Positions 1 to 9,443 of a stretch of DNA of 64,000 nt are shown in pieces. The position numbers and the translations under genes are program-made. Under the pieces are notes generated by a model. The model saw only the letters and a list, made by a program, of their open reading frames with translations. It was not told where the DNA came from and ran no database searches. The stretch is from Parachlamydiales bacterium (GTDB taxonomy: Bacteria > Chlamydiota > Chlamydiia > Chlamydiales > Rhabdochlamydiaceae), in the NCBI GenBank assembly GCA_963705295.1, contig OY970065.1, forward strand, positions 1,568,001 through 1,632,000. The letters are read 5' to 3'. Positions within the stretch are counted from its first letter, which is position 1. Each line of letters starts with the position of its first letter.

Positions 1-482
1 CTTCACAACCTATCGCACCTTTACAGTCAAACCCCATCTCAGCTTATTTGTTATGGAGTGTTCAAGTGATGGGTCATGGACTTTCTCAAGCTGTGAACAA
101 TTCACCCGGGGCGGCTTTAGCTTACGGAGGAGTTTTAGGAGTCAGTTATTTGGGGAAATTTATTTCTGCCGGTTTCACAGTGTCTCCTAATATGCCAAGA
201 TTCGTAGCTATGGCTTATTTGATCCACACAGCCTTATCTCCTATTTTCAAATTCTCTCAACGGAGGGAAACAGGAATTCTGTGGGGGTTTACTATCCAAC
301 ACCTGAATCCGCTTTTCATCGCCTTCTTTTTAGCGCGCAAATTTAGATGGGATGTGCAGTCTGTACAGAATATCCTTTTAACAGGGGGCGTTTTGATAAT
401 TGTAAAATCCCTTCAACATTATATTCAAAATGGTAACGAAGTAAGAATAAGTAGAGGCCAGTCACGCGAAATTTATGACTAA
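1..482 (+). CDS. Hypothetical multi-pass membrane protein, 5' end probably outside the window
   Basis: Frame is open from base 3 to TAA at 480-482; several hydrophobic segments. Confidence 0.6.
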   Translation, partial: SQPIAPLQSNPISAYLLWSVQVMGHGLSQAVNNSPGAALAYGGVLGVSYLGKFISAGFTVSPNMPRFVAMAYLIHTALSPIFKFSQRRETGILWGFTIQHLNPLFIAFFLARKFRWDVQSVQNILLTGGVLIIVKSLQHYIQNGNEVRISRGQSREIYD

Positions 483-483
483 A

Positions 484-1503
484 TCAGAATTGAGAGAGGA
501 ATCTTAAGTCGTTTTCCGCAAAGAGGCGGATATCGGGGATGTTGTATCGGAGTAGCGCGAGCCGCTCGATGCCCATCCCCCATGCGTAGCCGGAGTAGAT
601 TTCAGGGTCGATGCCGCCGTTTTTGAGAACTTCGGGATGGACCATCCCAGCGCCAGCAACTTCAAGCCAGCCTGAGTCTTTGCAGAGCCTGCAACCTTTC
701 CCTTCACACTTCGTGCAGCTGATATCGATTTCAAGTCCAGGTTCTACGAAAGGGAAATAACTGGGCCGGAAACGGGTTTCGACTTTTTTTCCGAGGAGTT
801 TTTTCCAAAATTCTTCCATGGTGGCGAACAGATCGGCGAACGAGACATTTTTATCGACGTAAAGCCCTTCGACTTGGTGGAAAAAGACATGTGACCGTGC
901 GCTGATATTTTCATTCCGATAGACGGTTCCGGGTGCAATGATCCGGATGGGAGGAGGAGTTTTTTCCATCACGCGGAGCTGTGTATTGGAGGTGTGGGAC
1001 CGAAGAAGCTTATCGGTGTCGATATAGAACGTATCTTGCATTTCACGGGCGGGATGATCGGGAGGAAAGTTGAGTCCCTCGTAGTTGTACCAATCGGAAT
1101 CGATTTCGGGTCCGTATTGGACAGAAAATCCCATGCTGGAGAAGATTTCGATGACTTCATCGAGAACGAGTGTCAAAGGGTGTTTACGACCTAAAAAGTG
1201 TTTTCTACCGGGAAGAGTGACATCGATCTTTTCATCGGCGATCCGGTGGGCGATTTCTGCTAAGTGAAAACTGGTTTGGGCTTTTTCACATAGATCGGTG
1301 AGCTCGGTCTTGAGATCGTTGATCTGTTTTCCGAGGGTTGGCCTCTCCTGGGCAGGAGTTTCACGGAGAGCATTCATCAAATCTTGGAGAATGCCCTTTT
1401 TTCCGAGAAAACGGATCTTGAGTTGTTCGATTTCTTTCGTGTCTTTGACGTGAGAGAGTTCTTGTTTGAACTGCTCGCGTAAATCCCCGATTTTTTCGAT
1501 CAT
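484..1503 (-). CDS. pheS: Phenylalanine-tRNA ligase alpha subunit
   Basis: HPAREMQDTFY, LLRSHTS, FHQVEG, FRPSYFPFVEP and GMGIERL motifs; follows rplT. Confidence 0.99.
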   Translation of the reverse strand: MIEKIGDLREQFKQELSHVKDTKEIEQLKIRFLGKKGILQDLMNALRETPAQERPTLGKQINDLKTELTDLCEKAQTSFHLAEIAHRIADEKIDVTLPGRKHFLGRKHPLTLVLDEVIEIFSSMGFSVQYGPEIDSDWYNYEGLNFPPDHPAREMQDTFYIDTDKLLRSHTSNTQLRVMEKTPPPIRIIAPGTVYRNENISARSHVFFHQVEGLYVDKNVSFADLFATMEEFWKKLLGKKVETRFRPSYFPFVEPGLEIDISCTKCEGKGCRLCKDSGWLEVAGAGMVHPEVLKNGGIDPEIYSGYAWGMGIERLALLRYNIPDIRLFAENDLRFLSQF

Positions 1504-1514
1504 CTTTTATCGAT

Positions 1515-1874
1515 TTATTGGGCTAAGGCTTGTTTTGCTTGGCTGGCAATCGCTGCAAATCCGGTTGGGTCATGGATCGCCATCTCGGACAACATTTTTC
1601 TATCCAAAACACATCCTGCTTTCTTGAGGCCATGGATGAATTTGCTATACGACAGACCATGCATTTTTGATCCGACAGATAGACGATTGATCCAAAGACT
1701 TCTGAAATCACGCTTCCGTTGTTTACGGCTTCTGTAATTGAAAGCCATCGCTTGCAAGACAGAATTGGAGGTTAATCTTCGATGGTTTTTTCGATCTCCT
1801 ACAAACCCTTTCGCTTGCTTTAACAACCGTTTTTTCTTCCGATTGCTATAAACAGCATTTGTTGCTCTAACCAT
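1515..1874 (-). CDS. rplT: 50S ribosomal protein L20
   Basis: KRDFRSLWINR, SYSKFIHGLKKAG and LDRKMLSEMAI motifs. Confidence 0.99.
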   Translation of the reverse strand: MVRATNAVYSNRKKKRLLKQAKGFVGDRKNHRRLTSNSVLQAMAFNYRSRKQRKRDFRSLWINRLSVGSKMHGLSYSKFIHGLKKAGCVLDRKMLSEMAIHDPTGFAAIASQAKQALAQ

Positions 1875-1878
1875 ATTT

Positions 1879-2073
1879 TTACACTCCCATTAATCGTGCG
1901 TACATTTTTGACTGACTTGAGTCAACCAGTGCATCTTTCCTGAGGCGTCGTTTACGCTTGGAAGATTTGCCTACTAAAAGGTGACGACGGCCTGGTTTTC
2001 GACGTTTGAGTTTACCAGTTCCTGTCACTTTGAAGCGGGCCAGCATGGCTTTATTCGTTTTCATCTTAGGCAT
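1879..2073 (-). CDS. rpmI: 50S ribosomal protein L35
   Basis: MPKMKTNK...RFKVTGTGK; position between infC and rplT. Confidence 0.99.
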   Translation of the reverse strand: MPKMKTNKAMLARFKVTGTGKLKRRKPGRRHLLVGKSSKRKRRLRKDALVDSSQSKMYARLMGV

Positions 2074-2587
2074 ATTTTTGTTCCTTTTTCTTTACTCCGG
2101 GCGCCAACACCACCGATAGGGCTCGTCCAAACATTTTTGGGGGCGACTCAGGCGTTGCGATATCTGCGAGATCATTGCAGAGTCTTTGTACAACCCTCAA
2201 GCCGATCTCTTGGTGGAGCATTTCTCTTCCACGGTAGGTACAAGTGATTTTGACCTTGTTCCCTTTCTGGATAAATTCTCTCGCATGTCGCATTTTGGTC
2301 TGGAGATCGTGTTCGTCTGTGGTCGGCTTTATCTTGACCTCTTTGACCTTAACCTGGTGTTGTCCTTTTTTACTTTCTTTCTCTTTTTTCGTTTGCTGAT
2401 ACCGGTACTTTCCAAAATCAATGATTTTGCAGACGGGTGGATCAGCAGAAGCTGCAATTTCGACCAAATCAAGGCCTACTTGTTCAGCTCGTTGCAAGGC
2501 GTCTAGCAGTGTTAAAACCCCTAGTTGGTTGCCATCTCGATCGATGACACGGACGCGCGGAGCCCGTATTTCTCTATTGATTCTCAA
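2066..2587 (-). CDS. infC: Translation initiation factor IF-3 (TTG start)
   Basis: [21 protein letters not shown]...[14 protein letters not shown] and KGNKVKI motifs; in-frame TGA three codons upstream limits the start. Confidence 0.98.
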   Translation of the reverse strand: MRINREIRAPRVRVIDRDGNQLGVLTLLDALQRAEQVGLDLVEIAASADPPVCKIIDFGKYRYQQTKKEKESKKGQHQVKVKEVKIKPTTDEHDLQTKMRHAREFIQKGNKVKITCTYRGREMLHQEIGLRVVQRLCNDLADIATPESPPKMFGRALSVVLAPGVKKKEQKYA

Positions 2588-3905
2588 ACGGTTTCAACCT
2601 GTCTATTAACTTTTCTATATTCATATTCAACGTCGTATTTCCCTCTCGCACTGTGATTGTTTTACTCTTTTTTTCACGATCCCCTAAAACAATACAACAA
2701 GGGATTCTTTCACGCAATGCTCGCTGCAACCTTTTTGCAAGAAGCTCGTCTTCTTCATCGAGTCCGACTCGAAATCCTGCTTCCTCAAGAGCTTCTTTTA
2801 TCTCCCTCGCATAATCGGGCTGCATCGATATAATCCTAATCTGCTCGGGTTGCAGCCAAAAAGGAAGCTTCCCTTTTGTTTTTTCCACCAGCAAAGTTAC
2901 AAACCGCTCGAGGGAGTGAAAAAGCGAAAGGACAACGGTAGTTTTATCCCACCCCAGTCGAGACATCTCCCACTTCCGCCCTAAATTATCTTCCACCAGA
3001 AAGACAACGGCTGAAGAGTCTCCCCTCTCTGTATGCCACTTTGTATGAAAGCCAAGTTCACTCTTTTCAAGCGCATTTCGGACCATTTTCACAGGTTTTC
3101 CCATGAAAACTATCTCTAAATCAAAAGTGAAAATTTTAAGGAATTTTGTGATGTTTTGCAAGAAAGAAATTACATTTTCTTCGGTTAGAGGCAGATAAGC
3201 CCGGTCTGTCCACCCAAAGGAAGGATCGACCAGCTCCTCCCCTTTTCCAAGCAGCGGCTTCTTGATCCATTCAAAAGATCCTTTTCCATACGCACCATGG
3301 CAAGCCATCAACTCTTTTTCGCTCACACCAGGCGTTGAAATGTAATCCAATCCAGCCGGCCTGATTTTTTCGAAAAGAATTTTTTTAACCACCTCTCCTC
3401 GAGGGAGCCAAAGCCATCCTCCTGGACATTTTTCAAGAAGCCTCAGCTCAGAAATCGGATAGCTCTGAGGAGATTTAAGCGGCGCCGCTGAGCCAATGAT
3501 CCGAATCGATCCATCCATTTTTTGAAAATCGAGCAGTTTAAAAAACTTTAGCTGCCCCGTACTTTCCAAAGGCGTTCCCGGCGATAGACCTGCAAATCGA
3601 TCGATCTGAAAAATTTCCACCAAACCGTCTCCTGCAGCAATCTCTCGATTTCCATGATGTTTCAAAAACGCTGTCGCATTCGAAGGGATCATTTCAAAAA
3701 CCTGAATGGGAATATCCTTCTTAACCAACGCTCGCATCCGTTCCTCGAGCATCGAAAACATTTTTTTCTCAAAGGTAAACGGAAAAACTAGGTCACAAAA
3801 AAAATATTTCTCCGTCGCCTGAGATATCAAGATTCGACTCTCTGGAAATATTTCTTGGATGGCAATGGAAAGTAAAATACTACTGGTGGCTTGAGATGAT
3901 TTCAC
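2574..3905 (-). CDS. Degenerate threonyl-tRNA synthetase-like protein (probable pseudo-enzyme)
   Basis: ThrRS-like WLPRG, DNLGRKWE and SLERFVTLLVE..GKLPFWLQPEQ segments plus C-terminal anticodon-binding domain; only 443 aa; canonical editing and Zn motifs not recognisable. Confidence 0.85.
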   Translation of the reverse strand: MKSSQATSSILLSIAIQEIFPESRILISQATEKYFFCDLVFPFTFEKKMFSMLEERMRALVKKDIPIQVFEMIPSNATAFLKHHGNREIAAGDGLVEIFQIDRFAGLSPGTPLESTGQLKFFKLLDFQKMDGSIRIIGSAAPLKSPQSYPISELRLLEKCPGGWLWLPRGEVVKKILFEKIRPAGLDYISTPGVSEKELMACHGAYGKGSFEWIKKPLLGKGEELVDPSFGWTDRAYLPLTEENVISFLQNITKFLKIFTFDLEIVFMGKPVKMVRNALEKSELGFHTKWHTERGDSSAVVFLVEDNLGRKWEMSRLGWDKTTVVLSLFHSLERFVTLLVEKTKGKLPFWLQPEQIRIISMQPDYAREIKEALEEAGFRVGLDEEDELLAKRLQRALRERIPCCIVLGDREKKSKTITVREGNTTLNMNIEKLIDRLKPFENQ

Positions 3906-3912
3906 AATATAA

Positions 3913-3986
3913 TGGGATATAGCTGACTCGAACAGCTGACCTCCACGATGTCAACGTGGCGCTCTAACCAACTGAGCTAATACCCC
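3913..3986 (-). tRNA. tRNA-Val (GAC), CCA not encoded
   Basis: Reverse complement GGGGTATTAGCTCAGTTGGTTAGAGCGCCACGTTGACATCGTGGAGGTCAGCTGTTCGAGTCAGCTATATCCCA folds as a cloverleaf with anticodon GAC. Confidence 0.97.
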
Positions 3987-4526
3987 ATGAAGGAAGAAAT
4001 TTTACATAATCCCTCCCATTCCTTCAAGCCTCATCTTGAACAAGCCTATACGTATTGGAAATCTCTCCTGAAGCCCGATGATATCGTTATTGATGCGACC
4101 TGCGGAAATGGAAAAGACACACTCCGATTGGCCGAGTTAGTTCCCGATGGGCATGTTTATTCTCTTGATATTCAAGAGGTTGCGCTCGAAAATGCTCGAA
4201 AACTTATCCCCTTTTCGAACGTCACCTTTCTCCATCAATCCCATGAAGAGTTTCCGCCGGTTTCCGTGAAATTAATTGTTTACAATTTGGGTTATTTACC
4301 CGGGGGAAATAAAAAAATTACTACGATGACAAACACAACTTTGAAAAGCATCTCCAAGGCGATGGAAATTTCTGAAGCTCTTTGCATCACCTTTTACCCC
4401 GGTCATCCCGAGGGTCTTTTAGAACAGGAAGCGGTTTTAAAATTAGATTTTCAAAAATGGATTATCACATTTCATCAGTGGCGCGAAAATTCTCCAACAT
4501 TATTATTTTTAAAATTAAAAATTTAA
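3987..4526 (+). CDS. SAM-dependent methyltransferase, YtqB/MnmM-like
   Basis: VIDATCGNGKDT, DIQEVA, YNLGYLPGG and YPGHPEG motifs. Confidence 0.9.
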   Translation: MKEEILHNPSHSFKPHLEQAYTYWKSLLKPDDIVIDATCGNGKDTLRLAELVPDGHVYSLDIQEVALENARKLIPFSNVTFLHQSHEEFPPVSVKLIVYNLGYLPGGNKKITTMTNTTLKSISKAMEISEALCITFYPGHPEGLLEQEAVLKLDFQKWIITFHQWRENSPTLLFLKLKI

Positions 4527-4646
4527 TTTTGTAATTAATATTAAACTAATTCTTAGTATTTATAAACAAAATACAATAATAGTATAATTAGTGATGTAGA
4601 TCTAATGACTTGCCTTTAATTTTAATAAAGTAATAAGAGGGAAATT

Positions 4647-5348
4647 ATGGATCTGAGTATGAACACCGTTTACTCTGAGTACGCCGAGAAACTCCACTCG
4701 ATTGAAGAGGAGCTTCACGCACAGCCTATCACGGAGGAAGTCCGTGAACATATCGTCCATGAATTGGACGTCGTCCATGATGGATTGTCACAGCTGGAAA
4801 TCACTGCGAGCCGGGTCAACCGATTTGCGATTTCATTTCTAGAAGAACTCCGCCAAAAAACCATCTTATTGTATGGAGAGGTGGTCGAATTTTTCCATCA
4901 GCATGAAATCGATGTAATCCAAAATGAAACCAAATCGTTGCAACAGACACTGCAGCAAAAAGATTTTTTGAGAATTTCACAGCTAGTTGATTCTCTCAAA
5001 ATGCACATACAAAAATTATTAGAATCGTATAGCCCAGGGTTGCAAGAAAGGAGAGTCCTTGTCTTTGCAGGTCTTGCACTGGAGCAGGCCGAGGGGCTAC
5101 TTCAAGGCACTTTGACAGCAAAAACAATGCTAACGGAAGAATCATGTCTTGAAATCGAAGAAATTCTTGAAGAAATCAATGAGTATTTAGGAAATAGTGA
5201 CAAGGTAAGTCTCCGCCTCTTATGGGCACGGCTGACTCCTCATCAACGAAAGTTGGTCATGTCCTACCTCAATCCGGGCCGCCTCACGGTAAGCTTGCTG
5301 CATGATATAGAACGACCCACATATGAGGAGAATCTCCTCGGAGTCTAA
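4647..5348 (+). CDS. Hypothetical alpha-helical protein
   Basis: 233 aa ORF with AAGAGG SD-like site and AT-rich upstream region containing TATAAT. Confidence 0.7.
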   Translation: MDLSMNTVYSEYAEKLHSIEEELHAQPITEEVREHIVHELDVVHDGLSQLEITASRVNRFAISFLEELRQKTILLYGEVVEFFHQHEIDVIQNETKSLQQTLQQKDFLRISQLVDSLKMHIQKLLESYSPGLQERRVLVFAGLALEQAEGLLQGTLTAKTMLTEESCLEIEEILEEINEYLGNSDKVSLRLLWARLTPHQRKLVMSYLNPGRLTVSLLHDIERPTYEENLLGV

Positions 5349-6431
5349 CCCTTTTTGAAGGCTCTCCTCAGGGGAGAGGTTCGACGTAAAATGGGTGAAC
5401 CCTTCTTCGGAGAGCATTTGAGCCATTGTTTCAGGAGGGGTCGCACGCCTCGACGGGGCAGCCACCAGATAGAGATGGGTTGCTCTGCTGGCCAGTAAGT
5501 TTAAACATGTTTTGACGTCTTTGTCGAAAGACATCCCAAAAACAACCGAGAATTTCTTCCCAGGAAAATGATAATCGAAAGCCTCTAAAAGCTTGATAAT
5601 CCCCGCGGGATTGTGAGCGACGTCCAAAATTGCCCTTCCGATCTGCTGGAATCGGCAAGGGGGTCTCCATTTCAAAGCAGCTTCGATCATCTCGTCTTTC
5701 AGCGGATAAACCGACTTTAAAAGAACGAGAGCCCGGTGAGCGATGGAGCTATTTTCCAGATCATAAAATCCAGGGGAAGAGGGAGCTTTGTAGAGCGGAC
5801 TTTCACACTGCAAAGCTTTTTCTCTGATGGGAGTGAAGTCTGCGTGAGATCCAATGACGACAGGAACTCGAGGCTTGATAATCCCCGCTTTTTGAAAGGC
5901 GATCGCATCCAAAGTGTTTCCCAGCATATCTTCATGGTCTCTGGCAACAGAAGTAATCACCGAAAGAATACTATTAACAATATTGGTCGAGTCAAAAAGA
6001 CCGCCTATCCCCACTTCTACGACAGCAACATCAATTTTCTGCTCACAAAAATAGTCGAAAGCCAGCAGTGTGACGAAGTCAAAAAAACAAAACTCTTTCC
6101 CCTTATCGAAGAGATCCAAAAGTCCCGTTCTTGCTCGTTCTTCGGAGATGGGGACTCCGCTGACGACAATTCTTTCACAAAAAGAGAAGAGGTGGGGTGA
6201 AGTAAAAAGACCGACTTTGAGACCTGCAAACTCTAAAGCTTTGGCAATTTTTAAACAGACAGAACCTTTTCCATTGGTTCCCGCCACATGAATGGAGGGA
6301 AAGGCTAAATGCGGTGATCCTAAAGACGCGGCAACCTTTTCTATCGGATCTAGAGTTGTGCACCCTCCGATCGCTCGCTTAGAAAATAAATATTTCAATG
6401 TCTCTTGATAATTCATGCCCTGATAATTCAT
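5220..6431 (-). CDS. folC: Folylpolyglutamate synthase/dihydrofolate synthase
   Basis: IHVAGTNGKGS, FTSPHL, EVGIGG..DSTN, LDVAHNP and ICGSFY motifs. Confidence 0.95.
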   Translation of the reverse strand: MNYQGMNYQETLKYLFSKRAIGGCTTLDPIEKVAASLGSPHLAFPSIHVAGTNGKGSVCLKIAKALEFAGLKVGLFTSPHLFSFCERIVVSGVPISEERARTGLLDLFDKGKEFCFFDFVTLLAFDYFCEQKIDVAVVEVGIGGLFDSTNIVNSILSVITSVARDHEDMLGNTLDAIAFQKAGIIKPRVPVVIGSHADFTPIREKALQCESPLYKAPSSPGFYDLENSSIAHRALVLLKSVYPLKDEMIEAALKWRPPCRFQQIGRAILDVAHNPAGIIKLLEAFDYHFPGKKFSVVFGMSFDKDVKTCLNLLASRATHLYLVAAPSRRATPPETMAQMLSEEGFTHFTSNLSPEESLQKGLDSEEILLICGSFYIMQQAYREAARIEVGHDQLSLMRSQPCP

Positions 6432-7249
6432 GCAAGGGGTTTTTCAAAAATCTGATAAAAAGTCGCCTCATCGACCCCACTGCACCCGAGCCGTGTTTCG
6501 GGTTTAACACTACCGTGAAAATCGGATCCTCCACTGATCAACCAAACCCGCTCTTTGGCCACTTCTATCCAAGATTTTCTTACCATGTTTCCATAATAAC
6601 ATTCGATCCCATCGAAAGGCAATTGCAATAACTTCTCGACAGGAAAGTCACTATCTAAAAGTTGTGGATGAGCTATAAAAGCTTTCCCTTCCGCCGCATG
6701 AATGACATCGATCGCTTCTTCGGCTTTAAAAGGTTCACCATGGGCATGACAAGGGACATAACATTTTTTTCCTTCACCTAAATATTGTTGAAATGCATCG
6801 CGGATGTTTTTTACGACCCCTTTTTCCACAAGAATGAGGGCAATGTGCGGCCGGCCAATCGTCGCCCCTGTCGCACGGGCAAGTAGTTCTTCATAGGTGA
6901 TCTGAATCCCCTCTTCAGCAAGCTTATCCAAAATAGCCCTATTCCGGTTTTCTCTCCTCGTTTGATGCCGCTGGCATAGATGCTCGATCTCAACCGAATC
7001 AATTAAAAAATCGTAACCGAGAAGATGGAGGCTTTTTCCTTCAAATTCGCAAGAAAATTCAATGCCCGAACCGAGATGGATACCCGTATCCAAAGCCATC
7101 CGTATGGCCGCCGGATAAGCATCGATCGTATCGTGATCCGTAATCGAAAGTCCTTGCAGATCAATCGTCTTCGCCTGAAGAATCAATTCTTGGGGCGATG
7201 ACGTCCCATCCGAACAATCACTATGGCAATGCAAATCAGCCCAAATCAT
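6428..7249 (-). CDS. PHP-domain phosphoesterase (YciV/TrpH-like)
   Basis: DLHCHSDCSDG, ITDHDT, GRPHIA, AHP and GGSDFHG motifs. Confidence 0.93.
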   Translation of the reverse strand: MIWADLHCHSDCSDGTSSPQELILQAKTIDLQGLSITDHDTIDAYPAAIRMALDTGIHLGSGIEFSCEFEGKSLHLLGYDFLIDSVEIEHLCQRHQTRRENRNRAILDKLAEEGIQITYEELLARATGATIGRPHIALILVEKGVVKNIRDAFQQYLGEGKKCYVPCHAHGEPFKAEEAIDVIHAAEGKAFIAHPQLLDSDFPVEKLLQLPFDGIECYYGNMVRKSWIEVAKERVWLISGGSDFHGSVKPETRLGCSGVDEATFYQIFEKPLA

Positions 7250-7300
7250 AAATGAAAGAATATCATAAAACTCTCTGAAATGGTATAATTTTGGTCTTTT

Positions 7301-8623
7301 ATGCCACTTGCACCTTCACAAATTTTAAACCATTTACCCCTGACCAAGGTTACTGTGACAAACCTTTATGGTCCTTCTCTGAGAGATGAAGTTTTGAATT
7401 CTTTCGTTTATTGCGGGAAACAATTATTTCCCTTCGCCGGAGCTTTAACTCCGAGGTTCGGCATTTCGCTCCGCATGGTTACCGATCTCACCGAACTTTT
7501 TCAGTGTAAAAGACTGGGGAAAAAGGTTCCACCGGCTCTCATCAATACGACTCTTTCTGCCATCTCTGTCTATTCCGTTTTTTTTGCCCCTGTTTATTTT
7601 CAACACCTTGAACTTCTCCGATCAACACTCACGCATCTGATGTATCTTATACAGGGAAATAGAGAAGATCTTCTTCACCTCAGTATCGATCTTGTTAACT
7701 TATCGATTTCTTTTTCTAACTCTTATGAATTGAAGATCTTTTCCCATGCGATCCAAATCATTGCAAGTATCACCGACTTTTTCGATCAGTGGAATAAGGA
7801 ATATGGGTTGGGAGCTGGAATGCAAACGTGTCTTCTATGTCTGCGAGTCCATAGTCTTTATAAAGAAATCTATCCAATGCAGCCGACTGCTGCCCGACAA
7901 CCCAGTCCCATAAAGCGCATCCAAGAAGAGAAAAAAGCCAAAGCCCTTCTACGACTTCAGAGGGAAGGAAGTGGATCGGATGAACTCAAAAAACTCACCG
8001 TTTTGGAATATAGGGGTCTCGGAAAACAGGGAGAGCTGTTTAAAGTCCAAGATGAACAGGGGAACATCGCCGTTCTAAAACGGTTTTTCAAACCCCACGC
8101 ATCCAAAGCCGAAAAGCATTTGGAATTTTCTCAAACCGTAAACAATCCTCATATTCTTCGTGTACTCGGCCTCATTCGTAACTGTTACGAAAAGGGAACA
8201 AAAGAAGTTCAAGATACATACCTTTTAATGGAGCATTTTGAAGGAAGCTCATTAACCGTTGAGAAGTCGCTCACCTATAAAGCGGTAGCTAAAATCGTAG
8301 AGATCTTCCGTCAGATGGCTTCCTTAGATTATTTTTACACCGGCAATCTCCATGATATCAAAATTGATAAGAGTGGAGAAAATATTAGGTTCGCTCGATT
8401 GGAGTCTTTTGAAAAGGCCACAACACCCGAGCTCTGCCAGATAATTTATACAAAAATGCACGACATATTTCGTATTCTCGCCCTTCTCTCCCCTTTCAGC
8501 GAGGGTGAGAAAAATCTCATCTATTCATGGATAGATAAGATTTTCACTCACACGACTTCTTCTCCTGACCTCTTGAAAAAAGTGGTGCAGAAGTCGTGTG
8601 ATTTACTTATGAAATTATCTTAA
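7301..8623 (+). CDS. Protein-kinase-like (probable pseudokinase) protein with hydrophobic N-terminal half
   Basis: LGKQGELFKV (G-loop-like), AVLK, PHILRVLG and YLLMEHFEG; HRD and DFG motifs not evident. Confidence 0.65.
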   Translation: MPLAPSQILNHLPLTKVTVTNLYGPSLRDEVLNSFVYCGKQLFPFAGALTPRFGISLRMVTDLTELFQCKRLGKKVPPALINTTLSAISVYSVFFAPVYFQHLELLRSTLTHLMYLIQGNREDLLHLSIDLVNLSISFSNSYELKIFSHAIQIIASITDFFDQWNKEYGLGAGMQTCLLCLRVHSLYKEIYPMQPTAARQPSPIKRIQEEKKAKALLRLQREGSGSDELKKLTVLEYRGLGKQGELFKVQDEQGNIAVLKRFFKPHASKAEKHLEFSQTVNNPHILRVLGLIRNCYEKGTKEVQDTYLLMEHFEGSSLTVEKSLTYKAVAKIVEIFRQMASLDYFYTGNLHDIKIDKSGENIRFARLESFEKATTPELCQIIYTKMHDIFRILALLSPFSEGEKNLIYSWIDKIFTHTTSSPDLLKKVVQKSCDLLMKLS

Positions 8624-9443
8624 TTTCCATTTCGAGAGCGTGGCCGGTTTTTTCGAAGACGGTTTTTTTTACATGCGCGGCGAGCTGAAGGACATCTTGG
8701 GTTGTTGCATCGCACCGGTTCACGATAAAGTTCGCATGGACAGTGGAGACTTGTGCGCCCCCGATGGAGAAACCTTTTAAGCCGCACTGTTCGATGAGGG
8801 CTCCTGCAGGATGGCCAGCAGTGTTACGAAAGACACATCCTGCAGATAGATCGCCATAGGGTTGGGTCTTGGTTCTGTAGTCGATGATTTTGAGTTGCCG
8901 CTGACGAGCCTCGGTTGAGGTCAAGAGATGAAACCGAGCTGCAGCAATCGCTCCTGGCATCGTTTGGAAGGAAGAGAACCGGTAATCGAATTTTAATTGC
9001 TCTTTTGAAAGTTCTTGAACCTCGCCTTGCTGATCGACATAGGTCACGTGGGTCAAAGTTTGGAATGTCTCTCCCCCATTGGCCCCCGCGTTCATATAGA
9101 CGGCTCCGCCGACAGAACCGGGAATGCCTGAGGCAAATTCAAGGCCGGCAAATCCTTTACGAGCTGTTTGTGTTCCGAGCAGCGAGAAACTATAGCCCGC
9201 TCCGACACGGAATTCAGAGCCGTTTTGCTCGCAAAAGTGAATCTTGTTCAAGATGACAAGCCCGTCGAATCCCCTGTCATCGAAAAGGACGTTCGATCCT
9301 TTTCCAAGGACGATAGAGCGGCCACTATATTGGATGGCTTCTTGGAGCTCAGGAATGGTGTGGACTTCGATAAAATATTTTGCAGGTCCGCCGATACCAA
9401 AGGTCGTAAAATCTTTTAAAAGACGACCTTCTTCAAAACGCAT
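8607..9443 (-). CDS. murB: UDP-N-acetylenolpyruvoylglucosamine reductase
   Basis: TTFGIGGPA, LGKGSNVL, GIPGSVGGAVYMNAGA, SAGCVFRN and HANFIVN motifs. Confidence 0.98.
   Translation of the reverse strand: MRFEEGRLLKDFTTFGIGGPAKYFIEVHTIPELQEAIQYSGRSIVLGKGSNVLFDDRGFDGLVILNKIHFCEQNGSEFRVGAGYSFSLLGTQTARKGFAGLEFASGIPGSVGGAVYMNAGANGGETFQTLTHVTYVDQQGEVQELSKEQLKFDYRFSSFQTMPGAIAAARFHLLTSTEARQRQLKIIDYRTKTQPYGDLSAGCVFRNTAGHPAGALIEQCGLKGFSIGGAQVSTVHANFIVNRCDATTQDVLQLAAHVKKTVFEKTGHALEMEIKIIS

Noticed and set aside
2574..3905. Calling the ThrRS-like gene either thrS or a pseudogene
   Set aside because: Catalytic motifs are missing, so it is not confidently thrS; the frame is intact and coupled to infC, so it is not an evident pseudogene.
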